NCBI GenBank assembly: GCA_963754655.1
Contig: CAVWGN010000001.1
Span: 800,001 to 864,000, forward strand
Reading direction: 5' to 3'
Length of the DNA: 64,000 bases
DNA from: an uncultured Chlamydiae bacterium
GTDB lineage: Bacteria > Chlamydiota > Chlamydiia > Chlamydiales > Parachlamydiaceae
Shown here: positions 1-10,400 of the stretch, in pieces
Layout: each line of letters begins with the position of its first letter
How positions within the stretch are numbered: the stretch's first letter is position 1
Notes under the pieces: generated by a model
Databases searched by the model: none
Seen by the model: only the letters and a program-made list of their open reading frames with translations
Told to the model about the DNA's origin: nothing
Program-made: the position numbers and the translations under genes

Positions 1-276
1 AAGTTTCAACAATTTTATGCTTCGCTTGAGAATCCTCAAACCAGTAAGAGTAGTTATTTGCATCAACGTTTTTTTGGAAATGAAAAAAGCGAGCATTGGT
101 TTAGCCAAGCACAAATGGCGCAGGGAGCTTATCAATTGCATCAAGATTTTTGTCTTCACTTTGAAGCAAGTTGTAAAGGATGTCCATTTGTTGAACGTTA
201 TCGAGCACAAGGGAGACAATTTAACCGTTCTCTAAGCCTATTTGATGGCGACAGTGCGAATGTCGATAATGGTTAG
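1..276 (+). CDS. 3' end of a DUF2851-like protein (partial, begins before window)
   Basis: Frame is open from base 1; C-terminal QGAYQLHQDFC...CKGCPF Cys motif resembles DUF2851 C-termini. Confidence 0.55.
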   Translation, partial: KFQQFYASLENPQTSKSSYLHQRFFGNEKSEHWFSQAQMAQGAYQLHQDFCLHFEASCKGCPFVERYRAQGRQFNRSLSLFDGDSANVDNG

Positions 277-293
277 AATGAGCGGTCGATATT

Positions 294-2492
294 TCATGTG
301 CGCTTGCGACGTGTCTTGACTTTTTTAAGTTGAATGGCATTTTGAGAATCAAAGGCATAGTGCCAATACCAGGTTGGTTTTTCAATGGACGAAAGTTCCT
401 CTCTCCATCGGCCTTTCGATCCAGGCAATAGCACAAGACGATGATGGGCAGGAACTTCAAAGTGATGCGAGCCTTCTAAAGAAATGTCTTCTGCCTGAAA
501 TTCAGCTCCTTCATGCAAAATAATTTCTACCTTTTCATGCCTTCTAATTGCATTTTTCCAGTATTCTTGTTCTACTGTACGATCAATTCCACGGTTACAA
601 ATGATTACATTGCGCAGCATACATCGGCTTTCTTGTCCATACTGAAGCTGACCTGAGGTTTGATAAGTACCTAAAGGGCAAATCGCTTTGATGAGCAAGC
701 TGCCTTCTAGCGATAAATCTTCTATGTCTGCTTCTGCAATTTCTAATTGCAATTCAGCGCCATACGACAACCGCCCTTTGCGAATTTTTTGCTCAATAAT
801 TGAATAAAGAGGGCCTAATGCTGGATGAAAAAGCAAAATACAAGCAGGCCCTTGCAGCAGATGCTCTTCAATTTGCTTCCATTCCGGGAGTTGAAATTGG
901 CATTGCTTGAAAAGAGAATAGTGATTGGATAATAAATCATAAAAAGCTTGTTCTGGAGTCGCAATGGGTGATTGGCCAGGCTGGTAAGATTTTTTTGTTG
1001 TAGAGATTGTCTTACGTCGCTCGTTATAGACGATGAAAGTGTGTAAGGCACTCCTAAAGTCTTTTTTGTGGAGTTGATAAGGAAAATGATCAATGATATG
1101 GTCAGCAATATTTTGCATAGTGGATTCTAAACGACCTCCCTGGACATAGGATAATTTGCCTTGAGGGTCGATATAGGACACTTTCGATTTCATATTGATC
1201 AGTATTCCCGGAATAGGGCAACTTTTTAAAGTCTTCCGAATGGTGGGAATATCTGCGAATAAAATATTTGTATTGGTTGGGTAATGAGAAAAACAGCTAC
1301 CAGGCTCTGCGGGAACCTCGCCAATGCCTCTTTGAGTAAACTCTGGATATTCGATGTTGGTTAAGCGGTAATCATACCCCTTCTTAAAATGAGTTTCGAT
1401 TAAGACATTGGTTCCCTCATCACTATGGAGCAATCTTTCACAAGAGAGAAATCCAAAAACTTTCTGTTGCTGACATCCAATTCCAATCAGTGCAAATAAA
1501 CCGTTATCTGTCCCTGCTAATGGATTGTTAATTTGTCTAATGAGGCATTGATGGTGTCCTTGAGACTCTAACCACTGAAAAACTCCTTGTTCCTCTGCTA
1601 ATTTCCATAATACGCCATGACCGCAAGGTTTGAGCGTAAGCGTCAATGGAGCAGAAAGCGACCAGTCGCCTTCAATTGTCAAGACAGGAACTAAAGGCTG
1701 AATGAAAAAGTAAAATTTTTCTGGAGACCTTCCAAACCAGTGATTGGATTTGCAAATATTCTGAATATGGATGTCATTGTTTTTTTCAGTCGAAGTCATG
1801 ATCGCAATTGGAGTGATCAGCTGTTTTCTAAATAACTTAAAATATAAATATTCCCGCGCTTGTACATCACGCAGCATTCCCTCTAAAAGCGTGCGTCCCA
1901 AAAAAGGTAAAAGAGCTGCAGGCAAGAGAGTCCCCGTCGCTTCATCTTTTAAACTTAAGCGATCCCCAGCGCCTCCTAAAGGATAAATGATCGCTAGGCG
2001 TTTGGTGCTTTCTATTCCCCAACGCACAACTTGCCGAACCTCTGCAGTATCCTTGCTAATGTCAAGACCTTCGGGATGAATATAATGAGTATGATCAAAG
2101 ACCGGTTCAGTTGGAGAAAATTGATTGTAAATGAGTTGCATTATAGTCAAATGATAACCAATAATTCCTCCTAGATAAGAGTAAAAGACTTCAATATCTA
2201 AAAGTTGCTCTAACAAGAGAAATAATTTTTTAAAGAGATCGTTTCCTAGATTCTGCGTGTTAAAAACGACAGGAGCTTGGCCAATGGCAATGATGGCTTT
2301 TATTGCAAATTCAGACTCTGGTGTTAAAATTTTAAGATAAGATTGAATGGGACCTGGTTGCTGGATATACTCTTGAACAATCGGAAGGGTGTTTAAAATG
2401 AGTAATTTACTGTGATAATCATTTTCTTTATTCAAACAGGCTAATAAATCGTGTAACCGAGCAATTTTTTCTTTTAGATTTGCGATATCCAT
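294..2492 (-). CDS. UTP--glucose-1-phosphate uridylyltransferase (UGP3/chlamydial type)
   Basis: 732 aa; PLGGAGDRL nucleotidyltransferase motif, KPCGHG, RQINNP, GGRLESTMQN. Confidence 0.85.
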   Translation of the reverse strand: MDIANLKEKIARLHDLLACLNKENDYHSKLLILNTLPIVQEYIQQPGPIQSYLKILTPESEFAIKAIIAIGQAPVVFNTQNLGNDLFKKLFLLLEQLLDIEVFYSYLGGIIGYHLTIMQLIYNQFSPTEPVFDHTHYIHPEGLDISKDTAEVRQVVRWGIESTKRLAIIYPLGGAGDRLSLKDEATGTLLPAALLPFLGRTLLEGMLRDVQAREYLYFKLFRKQLITPIAIMTSTEKNNDIHIQNICKSNHWFGRSPEKFYFFIQPLVPVLTIEGDWSLSAPLTLTLKPCGHGVLWKLAEEQGVFQWLESQGHHQCLIRQINNPLAGTDNGLFALIGIGCQQQKVFGFLSCERLLHSDEGTNVLIETHFKKGYDYRLTNIEYPEFTQRGIGEVPAEPGSCFSHYPTNTNILFADIPTIRKTLKSCPIPGILINMKSKVSYIDPQGKLSYVQGGRLESTMQNIADHIIDHFPYQLHKKDFRSALHTFIVYNERRKTISTTKKSYQPGQSPIATPEQAFYDLLSNHYSLFKQCQFQLPEWKQIEEHLLQGPACILLFHPALGPLYSIIEQKIRKGRLSYGAELQLEIAEADIEDLSLEGSLLIKAICPLGTYQTSGQLQYGQESRCMLRNVIICNRGIDRTVEQEYWKNAIRRHEKVEIILHEGAEFQAEDISLEGSHHFEVPAHHRLVLLPGSKGRWREELSSIEKPTWYWHYAFDSQNAIQLKKVKTRRKRT

Positions 2493-2683
2493 CTATTTAT
2501 CTATCCCATTCCAAATTTGCATGCAACTCCATGTCCTAAAATCTGTCTCAAACAAAGGAAAGGCAAAAACAATACTTGCAATCAATTCGCATCACGATAT
2601 GTTTAAAGACGGGTTCCGAAGCTTAAAAAAAGACATTTTAAGGTTCAAAAAGAGTTAAATTGGTAAATATTAAAGGAGATTTT

Positions 2684-2923
2684 ATGGTAAAGCAAGACCA
2701 AAATCAATCGCCTCAACCTGATCAGGCAAGAAAACAAGCTCAGGTCCCATCTCAAGGATTCCCTAAACAAAAAGGACTGGAAAATAGGCAAAGTCCTAAC
2801 GGACAAGATGATGCACAAGATCCTAAATCTCAAGAAAATAACAAAAAATCCTCCCAGCAGGAAAAGAGGCAGTCCAATGATTTTGATCGAAATGAAGGAC
2901 AGGGACGTAGCCAAAAATCTTAA
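2684..2923 (+). CDS. Small Gln/Asn/Lys-rich hydrophilic, probably disordered protein
   Basis: AAGGAG RBS before ATG 2684; open frame in an otherwise empty gap. Confidence 0.6.
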   Translation: MVKQDQNQSPQPDQARKQAQVPSQGFPKQKGLENRQSPNGQDDAQDPKSQENNKKSSQQEKRQSNDFDRNEGQGRSQKS

Positions 2924-3073
2924 CTTTCGCCATCATAAAAAGATCAAGAAAAATTGAGATAGTTCAAATTCTTTTGACTATAAAAGATAACAAGGATAAA
3001 AGAAATCCCATTAGAGATGACTTAGACTTTCTCATTCGTAAAGTTTAGTCCTCACAATCAAAGGAGATTAGGA

Positions 3074-3358
3074 ATGACAAAAGATAAAAAAAATTCTGCT
3101 TTTATGAGACCTGTGCATGTGAGCGAAACTCTTGCCGAAATTGTCGGACAAGGACCTATGGCACGTACAGAAGTAACAAAAAAAGTTTGGGAATATATTA
3201 AAAAGCACAAACTGCAAGATCAAAACAACAAGCGCATGATTAATCCCGATCAAAAATTGGCAAAGGTATTAGGCTCTCCTCAACCCATTGACATGTTTAA
3301 GATGACGAGCAAAATAGCCAAGCATATCAAAGAACCAGAAATGTCTAGCAAGCAGTAA
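3074..3358 (+). CDS. SWIB/MDM2 domain protein
   Basis: LAEIVG...RTEVTKKVWEYIKKHKLQD...INPDQKL signature; chlamydial synteny with lpxG-ispD-truA. Confidence 0.92.
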   Translation: MTKDKKNSAFMRPVHVSETLAEIVGQGPMARTEVTKKVWEYIKKHKLQDQNNKRMINPDQKLAKVLGSPQPIDMFKMTSKIAKHIKEPEMSSKQ

Positions 3359-3518
3359 AAGTTTTAAGGTGTTTTGCCATTGGGCAAACACCTTTTCTTA
3401 AGATTTTCTTCTTTATTCTGTGACTTTCTTTTATTTTTTGGTTATCATACTCCTTTACGATAAGAAGCTTAAAACCTATAGTTTCATTTGTGCTCGTTTG
3501 GGACGTATGAGGAGTATC

Positions 3519-4481
3519 ATGTCGAAAAAACAATGGATGGAATGGGTTTGGGATACATGGTGCATTGCGTCTGGAATTGGTATTTGGCCGCGCTATATTG
3601 AGCCTAACTTATTAGAAGTCAATCGACTTGTTCTACCTATTGCCCATTTACCCCCACAGTTAGTCGGTCTTAAATTATTGCACTTCAGCGATCTACATTG
3701 GAGCGGGCGATTTTCTTCTTTTCTTCAGAGGAAATTGATTCGAAAGGCAAATGCGCTTAAACCAGATTTGATTCTGTTTACTGGGGATTTTCTTTGCTGC
3801 TCACAGCTTGAAGACTGCAAAGGATTAAAAAATATTTTAGAGTCTTTAAAAGCTAAAATAGGTTGTTTTGCTGTTTTGGGCAATCATGACTATGCTCGTT
3901 TTGTGACGGTGAACGAACAAGGGGATTATGATGTGGAAGCGCCTTCTTCAACCTCCACGATTGGCAAAGGATTCAAACGTCTTTTTCAACCAATCTCTTT
4001 GACTAAGCAGGTCACTGTACAAGCGCGGCAAGTGGAATGGCATGCAGAATTAATGGCGTTATTAAAACAAACCCCTTTTCAAGTCCTCAATAATACCACC
4101 AAGCGCATTGCTTATAAAGGGCAATGGATGAATATTTGTGGTTTAGAAGAATATTCATTAGGAAGATTCAATCCCGAGATTGCTTTTAAAGATTATGATG
4201 TACGCTATCCGGGTATTATTCTCTCTCATAATCCAGATACATTGGAAATGTTAAAACATTATCCTGGAGAGATCATTTTATCGGGACATACACATGGAGG
4301 ACAGGTGAATTTACCTGTTTTATGGAAACGCTTTACTCGCATTGAACATTTACAATTTAAACATGGATTAAAAGTCATAGGCAAGAAGTGGGCTTATATT
4401 AATCGCGGAATTTCTAGTGTCTTGAAATTTCGTTGGTTTGCAGCGCCGGAACTGACATTGCTGACTCTTCAAAAAGGATAA
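3519..4481 (+). CDS. lpxG: UDP-2,3-diacylglucosamine diphosphatase LpxG (calcineurin-like metallophosphoesterase)
   Basis: [24 protein letters not shown] motifs; located between SWIB and ispD as in Chlamydia; start placed at ATG 3519 after AGGAG. Confidence 0.8.
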   Translation: MSKKQWMEWVWDTWCIASGIGIWPRYIEPNLLEVNRLVLPIAHLPPQLVGLKLLHFSDLHWSGRFSSFLQRKLIRKANALKPDLILFTGDFLCCSQLEDCKGLKNILESLKAKIGCFAVLGNHDYARFVTVNEQGDYDVEAPSSTSTIGKGFKRLFQPISLTKQVTVQARQVEWHAELMALLKQTPFQVLNNTTKRIAYKGQWMNICGLEEYSLGRFNPEIAFKDYDVRYPGIILSHNPDTLEMLKHYPGEIILSGHTHGGQVNLPVLWKRFTRIEHLQFKHGLKVIGKKWAYINRGISSVLKFRWFAAPELTLLTLQKG

Positions 4482-4483
4482 AT

Positions 4484-5179
4484 ATGGAAACATTCATCCC
4501 TTTTAGTGTCGTTTTTTTAGCAGGAGGAACAGGAACACGGATGAAAAGCACAGTCCCTAAACAGTATCTTTGCATTCATCAAAAGCCCTTAGCTCTTTAT
4601 AGTTTTGAAGTATTGGCTTCTTTGCCTGAAGTTCAAGATTTTGTGGTGGTTTGCGAATCACAATATGAGCCTCTCTTTCAAAACTCTGCGAAGATTAAAG
4701 GTGTGAACCTACAGTTTGCTCGCCCAGGGTTGCGACGTCAAGACTCGGTTTTGAATGGCATTCAATATCTTCAACCCCATTCTTTGGTTTGCATTCATGA
4801 TTCTGCGCGTCCTTTGATTGAACCTTCAATTGTGCGTCGAGTGGTTCACGCTGCAGAGAGTTGGGGCGCAGCTGTTGTGGGAGTAAAAGTGAGATCAACC
4901 ATTAAAATTTGCGATGGAGCCCAAATTGTTGTGAATACGCCTAATCGTGCTTCTCTTTGGGAAATGCAGACACCGCAAGTGATTCGTCTAGATTTGCTAA
5001 AAGAAGGTTTTGCATATGTCCAAGAACATCAGGTCACAGTCACAGATGATGTCTCTCTTGTTGAATCATTAGGCAAACCAATCAAGGTTGTGGAAGGCTC
5101 TTATTCTAATATTAAAGTGACCACACCGGAAGATTTAATTTGTGTCGAAAAATTAATAGAAAAATATGCAGTGCTATAA
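4484..5179 (+). CDS. ispD: 2-C-methyl-D-erythritol 4-phosphate cytidylyltransferase
   Basis: LAGGTGTRM...[33 protein letters not shown]. Confidence 0.93.
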   Translation: METFIPFSVVFLAGGTGTRMKSTVPKQYLCIHQKPLALYSFEVLASLPEVQDFVVVCESQYEPLFQNSAKIKGVNLQFARPGLRRQDSVLNGIQYLQPHSLVCIHDSARPLIEPSIVRRVVHAAESWGAAVVGVKVRSTIKICDGAQIVVNTPNRASLWEMQTPQVIRLDLLKEGFAYVQEHQVTVTDDVSLVESLGKPIKVVEGSYSNIKVTTPEDLICVEKLIEKYAVL

Positions 5180-5957
5180 ACTCACAATTGCTTATGATGG
5201 CACACGCTACAGTGGATGGCAAATTCAGCCTAATGCGCCTACCATTCAACAGCATTTGCAAGAGGCTCTAGCTAATCTTTTGAAAGGACAGCAAGTGGCT
5301 GTAATTGGTTCAGGCAGAACCGACGCTGGCGTGCATGCTTTAAATCAAATTGCTCACTTTAAAACAGAGCATGAGATAACACCCAATCGTTTGCTATTAG
5401 CTCTTAACGGTCTTTTACCGCGTGATATCCGCATCAAGAAGGTGGAAATGGCTCCTTTGCACTTTCATTCTCAGCACAGTGCAATAGGAAAGGAGTATCA
5501 CTATCACCTTTATTTAGAACGAGTGATGGATCCTTTCCGTCGCTTATACAGCTGGCATGTCTTACGTAAACTAGATCTCGCTCTTTTAAAAGAAGCAGCC
5601 ATCCTCTTTGTTGGAACCCATGATTTTACTTCATTTGCCAATGAGCCGCATGCTGGCGCTGTATCTAAAAATCCTGTCAGGACTCTTTATCGCTTAGATG
5701 TGTATCCAGGTGAAGGAGACATGTGCTTAGAGTTTGAAGGCAATGGATTTCTCTATAAAATGGTACGTAATATTGTGGGTACTTTAGTTGACGTGGCCTC
5801 TCATCGATTGAGCTTAGCAGAAGTCCTATCCATTTTTGAGGCCAAAGATCGACGCCGTGCAAGTCGGGCAGCACCCCCACACGGGTTATTTCTAGTTAAG
5901 GTTGCTTATCCGGAGGATGATGGATTTATGGAGCATTCTGATCATGAATCGCATTAA
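5166..5957 (+). CDS. truA: tRNA pseudouridine(38-40) synthase
   Basis: [39 protein letters not shown]. Confidence 0.96.
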   Translation: MQCYKLTIAYDGTRYSGWQIQPNAPTIQQHLQEALANLLKGQQVAVIGSGRTDAGVHALNQIAHFKTEHEITPNRLLLALNGLLPRDIRIKKVEMAPLHFHSQHSAIGKEYHYHLYLERVMDPFRRLYSWHVLRKLDLALLKEAAILFVGTHDFTSFANEPHAGAVSKNPVRTLYRLDVYPGEGDMCLEFEGNGFLYKMVRNIVGTLVDVASHRLSLAEVLSIFEAKDRRRASRAAPPHGLFLVKVAYPEDDGFMEHSDHESH

Positions 5958-6615
5958 AATGAGGATAGTAGCGTACATGAGGATGAAGAAGACGTGTTTT
6001 CTCTAGATAGCTGGAATCAGGAGGACAAATTAACACTGACTTAGCTTGGGTTTCAATTAAAGCATGCAAACCGCGAGGGGAGTCTTCAAAGCCAACGATA
6101 CGATCATGGGGTTGAGCATATTTGGAAATAGCGAGTTGATAACATTCAGGATGAGGCTTTGGATGGGTATAATCTTCGCGTGTGATCCAGTGAGGAATGG
6201 TATCTAAAAGCGGGTTTTGCTGACGAATGCGCTTAATCAGTGAGGCGGATGAATGAGTCACCACGCAGCGTTTAATTTGATTTTCCTGAAGAGCAAGTAA
6301 GAGAGGTGCTACTCCAGGCAATAGAGGAGCTGGGCCCTTTTCAAGTAACTCTATGAAAAAGCGCTTTTTCTCTTCATATAAAATTAACCAATCAGGCTCT
6401 TGGGTTTTAAGATCAGGAAACTCTTCATAGATTTGATCGCGTAAATCATTCGATTTGTGATGAGCTGCTTCTGAAAAGCGATGGAAGCTCCAATTAAGCT
6501 GGAAACCCCGTTGAGCACACATATTGACGTAAGCTTGATAATGAAGGCGTTCTGTATCAACCAGAAGACCATCGAAATCAAATAAAAAAAGTTGATAACG
6601 AGCAATCCATTGCAT
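5926..6615 (-). CDS. HAD-family phosphatase
   Basis: FDFDGLLVDTE motif I, KPHP, FEDSPRG. Confidence 0.9.
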   Translation of the reverse strand: MQWIARYQLFLFDFDGLLVDTERLHYQAYVNMCAQRGFQLNWSFHRFSEAAHHKSNDLRDQIYEEFPDLKTQEPDWLILYEEKKRFFIELLEKGPAPLLPGVAPLLLALQENQIKRCVVTHSSASLIKRIRQQNPLLDTIPHWITREDYTHPKPHPECYQLAISKYAQPHDRIVGFEDSPRGLHALIETQAKSVLICPPDSSYLEKTRLLHPHVRYYPHFNAIHDQNAP

Positions 6616-6682
6616 AAGAAACCTTTGAAAACAGAAATGTCAAAAGTATAAAATATCAGCTTTTAAAAGGATAGGCGTTTTC

Positions 6683-7510
6683 ATGAAAAGAATGGCATGT
6701 GCCTTGTCTTTATCCATAGGATTGTTGTTGGGAGGATGCTCATCATCCGCTTCTTCGCCCTCGAACCCACCTAAAGGGGAATATCTCTTTCGACGCCATG
6801 ATGAGCAGCTTGTGCAGGTTGAGCCTATGGCTCCTCTTAAGCGAGCCTCTTATCCATGGGAGGCAGAGTGGCACTGCAACTCTCCAAAAATCACTAAAGA
6901 TTTTTTTCGCTGTCAAGGAAGCAGTTTAAATCCTGCTCATCTTATGGAAAAAAATAAGGAGGTGATTCGTTTTTACGATTGTGGAGGCTCTCAAAAGCAT
7001 AGTCTTCCTTTACGCGATCAGAAAGAATTTATCTATCCCATTTTGATTGACTTACTCAATTATATTCAAACTAAGACGGGAAAACGAGTGGTTGTCACTT
7101 GTGGGCATTGCTGTCCGGATCACAACACCTATTTGGATCCTTCGCCAGCCAATCAAGCTTCGAAGCATATGTTGGGAGCCGAAGTAGATTTTTATGTTCA
7201 AGGCATGGAACAGCAGCCAGACGATATCGTCAATCTTATTTTAACTTATTATCGCGAGCAGCCTAAATACAAAGAATTAAAAGAGTTTGAGGAATTTAAG
7301 CGCTATGAAAAAGAAGATAAGAATGTGCGCATTCCTCCCTGGTATAACAAAGAAATCTTTGTGAAATTATTTGGCAAAAATGAAGGGAGAGATTTTGATA
7401 ATCGCCATCCTTATCCTTACATTGGCCTTCAAGTCCGTTACGATTGGGACCGAGAAGAATCAGTCACCTATTCCTGGGATAAAGCTTTTCATAATTTTCA
7501 TCGCTGGTAA
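6683..7510 (+). CDS. Conserved chlamydial lipoprotein with peptidase M15-like core
   Basis: LLLGGC lipobox; TCGHCCPDHN...SKHMLGAEVDF resembles the M15 SGYRxPxHN...SxHxxGxAxD motif. Confidence 0.7.
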   Translation: MKRMACALSLSIGLLLGGCSSSASSPSNPPKGEYLFRRHDEQLVQVEPMAPLKRASYPWEAEWHCNSPKITKDFFRCQGSSLNPAHLMEKNKEVIRFYDCGGSQKHSLPLRDQKEFIYPILIDLLNYIQTKTGKRVVVTCGHCCPDHNTYLDPSPANQASKHMLGAEVDFYVQGMEQQPDDIVNLILTYYREQPKYKELKEFEEFKRYEKEDKNVRIPPWYNKEIFVKLFGKNEGRDFDNRHPYPYIGLQVRYDWDREESVTYSWDKAFHNFHRW

Positions 7511-7585
7511 AAGTGAAAGAAGGGGGTATTGCGATTTTAATCTTTGACAAAATCATTTAAATCCTTATACTTTTGGGTATTCTAA

Positions 7586-7668
7586 GCCGATGTGGCGAAA
7601 TGGTAGACGCGGTAGACTCAAAATCTACTTCTAGCAATAGAGTGCTGGTTCGAGTCCGGTCATCGGCA
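7586..7668 (+). tRNA. tRNA-Leu (CAA)
   Basis: GCCGATG/CATCGGC acceptor stem, GTAGA-CTCAAAA-TCTAC anticodon arm, long variable arm, GGTTCGAGTCC T-arm; CCA not encoded. Confidence 0.95.
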
Positions 7669-7673
7669 CATTA

Positions 7674-7714
7674 CCGAACGTTTTGTCAGAAATGGCAAGA
7701 TGTTCGGCTTTTTT
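7674..7714 (+). terminator. Intrinsic terminator after tRNA-Leu
   Basis: CCGAACGTTTTGTCA-GAAA-TGGCAAGATGTTCGG hairpin (with G:U pairs) followed by a T tract. Confidence 0.65.
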
Positions 7715-7893
7715 ATGCCCAAATTCCTGCTGAAACTGCTCTATGAGGGCAACAGCTTCATTTAGCCTAGTGGTTCGATAATTTTTATTCTCGAAAATCA
7801 ATTTTCTAATGAATATCGAACCAAGGAGTTTTTTTCATATTGGAGCAGTTATTAGCTAATCGAACTCTTTAAAAGTTCTAAAGCTGTCGTGGG

Positions 7894-7926
7894 ATCGGCA
7901 CATTACCGAACATTTTGTCAGAAATG
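7894..7926 (+). repeat. 33-bp direct repeat of the tRNA-Leu 3' end and trailer (copy of 7662-7694); att-like
   Basis: ATCGGCACATTACCGAAC(G/A)TTTTGTCAGAAATG occurs twice with one mismatch. Confidence 0.8.
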
Positions 7927-8017
7927 ATAAGTTGAGCTTTAAGCTCTCCTTCCTCAAGAGGAATTTGGTAGCTAATAAGATCTTTCAATTATTGCTCGTT
8001 CAAGCCAGGCAAATATA

Positions 8018-8926
8018 CTAAAAATTATAAACTAATAGAAAGATTAAGAGACATATTACAACGAAAAGAAAAACTAGAAAGAAAGAAAAAGATCTTTTCT
8101 TAGGTGGAAGATAATGAACACCGTTTTCATCTACGATTGCCGGTTCTGTAACATAGCGTCCTTGTTTTGGAATGGCTAGCGAGAAAAAGTTATCAGCTAG
8201 GTAGTGTAAATCCTTAGCAATCTGGTCTCCAAACAAAGGTTGTCCATGCCCTGTAGCAATGATTTTAGGATTTAATTTAGCCAATTCCTTGACAGACTCA
8301 CCAGAAGCCTTCCAATCATAAGTAAAATACTTAGGGGGACCAGATAATTCTTTTTTTTGTAGAAGGACAAATAAAGCAGACTCTTGCTTTGTTGTCACAA
8401 CTGCATCACCTGCAATCAGAAGTTTATCTGCATCGCGGAAAAAGCTAACATGCCCAGGAGCATGGCCTGGCGTATGAAGATATCTCCAGCCAGGCAGAAA
8501 GGGAACAGAGCAATCAGGGGGAAGGAGTTTGAGATGAGGTGTAATGTCAATTGGTTTTTTAGGATAGAGCCAAGATAAATCAGCCATTAATCCGCTATTA
8601 ACAGTTGGATCTGGAGGAGGATAATTACAGCGACCTGTTAAATAGGGAAATTCCAAAGCATGGGCATATACGGGTACATTCCATTGCTCAATGAATCTTT
8701 TTAAGGATCCCACATGGTCAAAATGTCCATGTGTCAACAGAATAGCTGCTGGAGGGATATTGGACCCAAATAAATTGGAAATTGTTGAATTCACCTTTTT
8801 GGCAGCTGATTTCAGACCAGCATCAATCAAGACCCACTGATGACTAATAGGATCCTCAATAAGATAGAGATTAACAAATAAATCTCTTATTCTCCATACA
8901 TGCGGTGCAATTTTATCCATCTTCAT
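8018..8926 (-). CDS. MBL-fold metallo-hydrolase with C-terminal membrane anchor
   Basis: THGHFDHVG, HTPGHAPGH, AGDA, GHG; hydrophobic C-terminus. Confidence 0.9.
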   Translation of the reverse strand: MKMDKIAPHVWRIRDLFVNLYLIEDPISHQWVLIDAGLKSAAKKVNSTISNLFGSNIPPAAILLTHGHFDHVGSLKRFIEQWNVPVYAHALEFPYLTGRCNYPPPDPTVNSGLMADLSWLYPKKPIDITPHLKLLPPDCSVPFLPGWRYLHTPGHAPGHVSFFRDADKLLIAGDAVVTTKQESALFVLLQKKELSGPPKYFTYDWKASGESVKELAKLNPKIIATGHGQPLFGDQIAKDLHYLADNFFSLAIPKQGRYVTEPAIVDENGVHYLPPKKRSFSFFLVFLFVVICLLIFLLVYNF

Positions 8927-9254
8927 AGCACTCTTAATGTGAAATTATGCTCTTTATTAGTTCTATAATTTAAATGAGAATTATTTACTAGATGGCTTAG
9001 AAATTTGATGGAAATAACTCCCATCCCTTGAATCCTGAATAGAATGCTCTGGCATTGGTTTGCATAATGTGAGGAAATAAGTCTAAATTTAGAGGGATCA
9101 ATCCAAATTGCTAAAGCAAAGCGAAAAGCTTAAATTTATTGAAGGTAGCTTGAGCAATTACGATAATGAAGCGGCTATCAATATTGCTTTTTGATAAGCA
9201 TATTTTCTTAAGTTCTGGTACACTATAAGAGTTTTAAAAACCAAGAAGGGAAGG

Positions 9255-10238
9255 ATGACTGAACTTACAAATCCATGCCCGTGTTGTAGCATGAAAGAAT
9301 ATGATAAGTGTTGTAAGCTTTTTCATGAAGGCATCCTACCAGAAAATGCGCTTCAGCTAATGCGTTCGAGATATTCAGCTTATGTTTTAAATATTCCCGA
9401 TTATATTTTAGCCACCACCCATCCAGCAAGTCCACAATATTCCGAAAATAAATTTTCTTGGAAACGCAGTATCTCTCAATTTTCGAGAACCTCTTCATTT
9501 CATAAACTTGAAATCCTTGAGTTTAAGGAAAATAAAACTTTAGCTACTGTAACTTTCACAGCTTATTTATCACAAGGATCTCATGACGCTACTTTTACAG
9601 AGAGGAGTTACTTTGAAAAAATCAATAATCGGTGGTTATATCGTGGTGGGCAATTAGCTCAAGGTCATGTCCCCAATTTTATTACGAATAGTCAACTAAG
9701 ACTCTTGCCATTAGCCTATTATGGTGATCCTATTTTAAGAAAAAAAGCTGAACCAGTTAATGAAATTACAAGCGACATTAAAAAACTCGTAGAAGAAATG
9801 ATTGAAACAATGGATGCCTGTGATGGTATTGGTCTAGCAGCTCCTCAAATTCATCATTCCATTAAATTGTTTGTTATTCGTACTCCTATTGAAATTGATC
9901 AAGATAATTTTGAACCTGGTGAAATTAAGGTTTTTATTAATCCTATACTCTCTTTGCCTAGTGAAGAAATATGGCAAGCTTCTGAAGGATGCCTTTCTAT
10001 TCCGACCGTGCGATTTTTAGTTGAACGTCCAAAAGAAGTGACAGTAGAATATACCTCTCTTGAGGGAAAAAGAGTAAAACAGAGAGTTTCAGGTTGGGAA
10101 GCTAGAGTGATTATGCATGAAAATGATCATATCGAGGGAGTTCTTTTTATCGATCGATTAAATCCAGAAGAACAATCCAAGCTGGTGCCTTTTCTACAAA
10201 ATTTAGAAAAAAGAATTCATGATGGTAGAGCACTTTAA
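9255..10238 (+). CDS. def: YchJ/SEC-C domain fused to peptide deformylase
   Basis: N-terminal CPCxSxxxYxxCC and LMRSRYSAY (YchJ); C-terminal GIGLAAPQ, EGCLS, HENDH (PDF motifs). Confidence 0.9.
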   Translation: MTELTNPCPCCSMKEYDKCCKLFHEGILPENALQLMRSRYSAYVLNIPDYILATTHPASPQYSENKFSWKRSISQFSRTSSFHKLEILEFKENKTLATVTFTAYLSQGSHDATFTERSYFEKINNRWLYRGGQLAQGHVPNFITNSQLRLLPLAYYGDPILRKKAEPVNEITSDIKKLVEEMIETMDACDGIGLAAPQIHHSIKLFVIRTPIEIDQDNFEPGEIKVFINPILSLPSEEIWQASEGCLSIPTVRFLVERPKEVTVEYTSLEGKRVKQRVSGWEARVIMHENDHIEGVLFIDRLNPEEQSKLVPFLQNLEKRIHDGRAL

Positions 10239-10267
10239 GACTTTCTATTGTCTACTTATCTTTTTAC

Positions 10268-10400
10268 TCACTTAGCTCCTCGCCTTTACCTTCTGGAACG
10301 ATGAGTTCTTCATCTCTCACTTGCCTTAAAACTAGACGAATGGTGTCTCTGTTAACAGATGAGCAGGCTTGTTCTATGTCCGAGATAGAAAAAGGATCTA
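10268..10400 (-). pseudogene. Fic-family pseudogene, C-terminal HTH fragment
   Basis: Minus strand reads DPFSISDIEQACSSVNRDTIRLVLRQVRDEELIVPEGKG then frameshifted GAK*; joins in frame with the 11816-12015 fragment. Confidence 0.7.
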
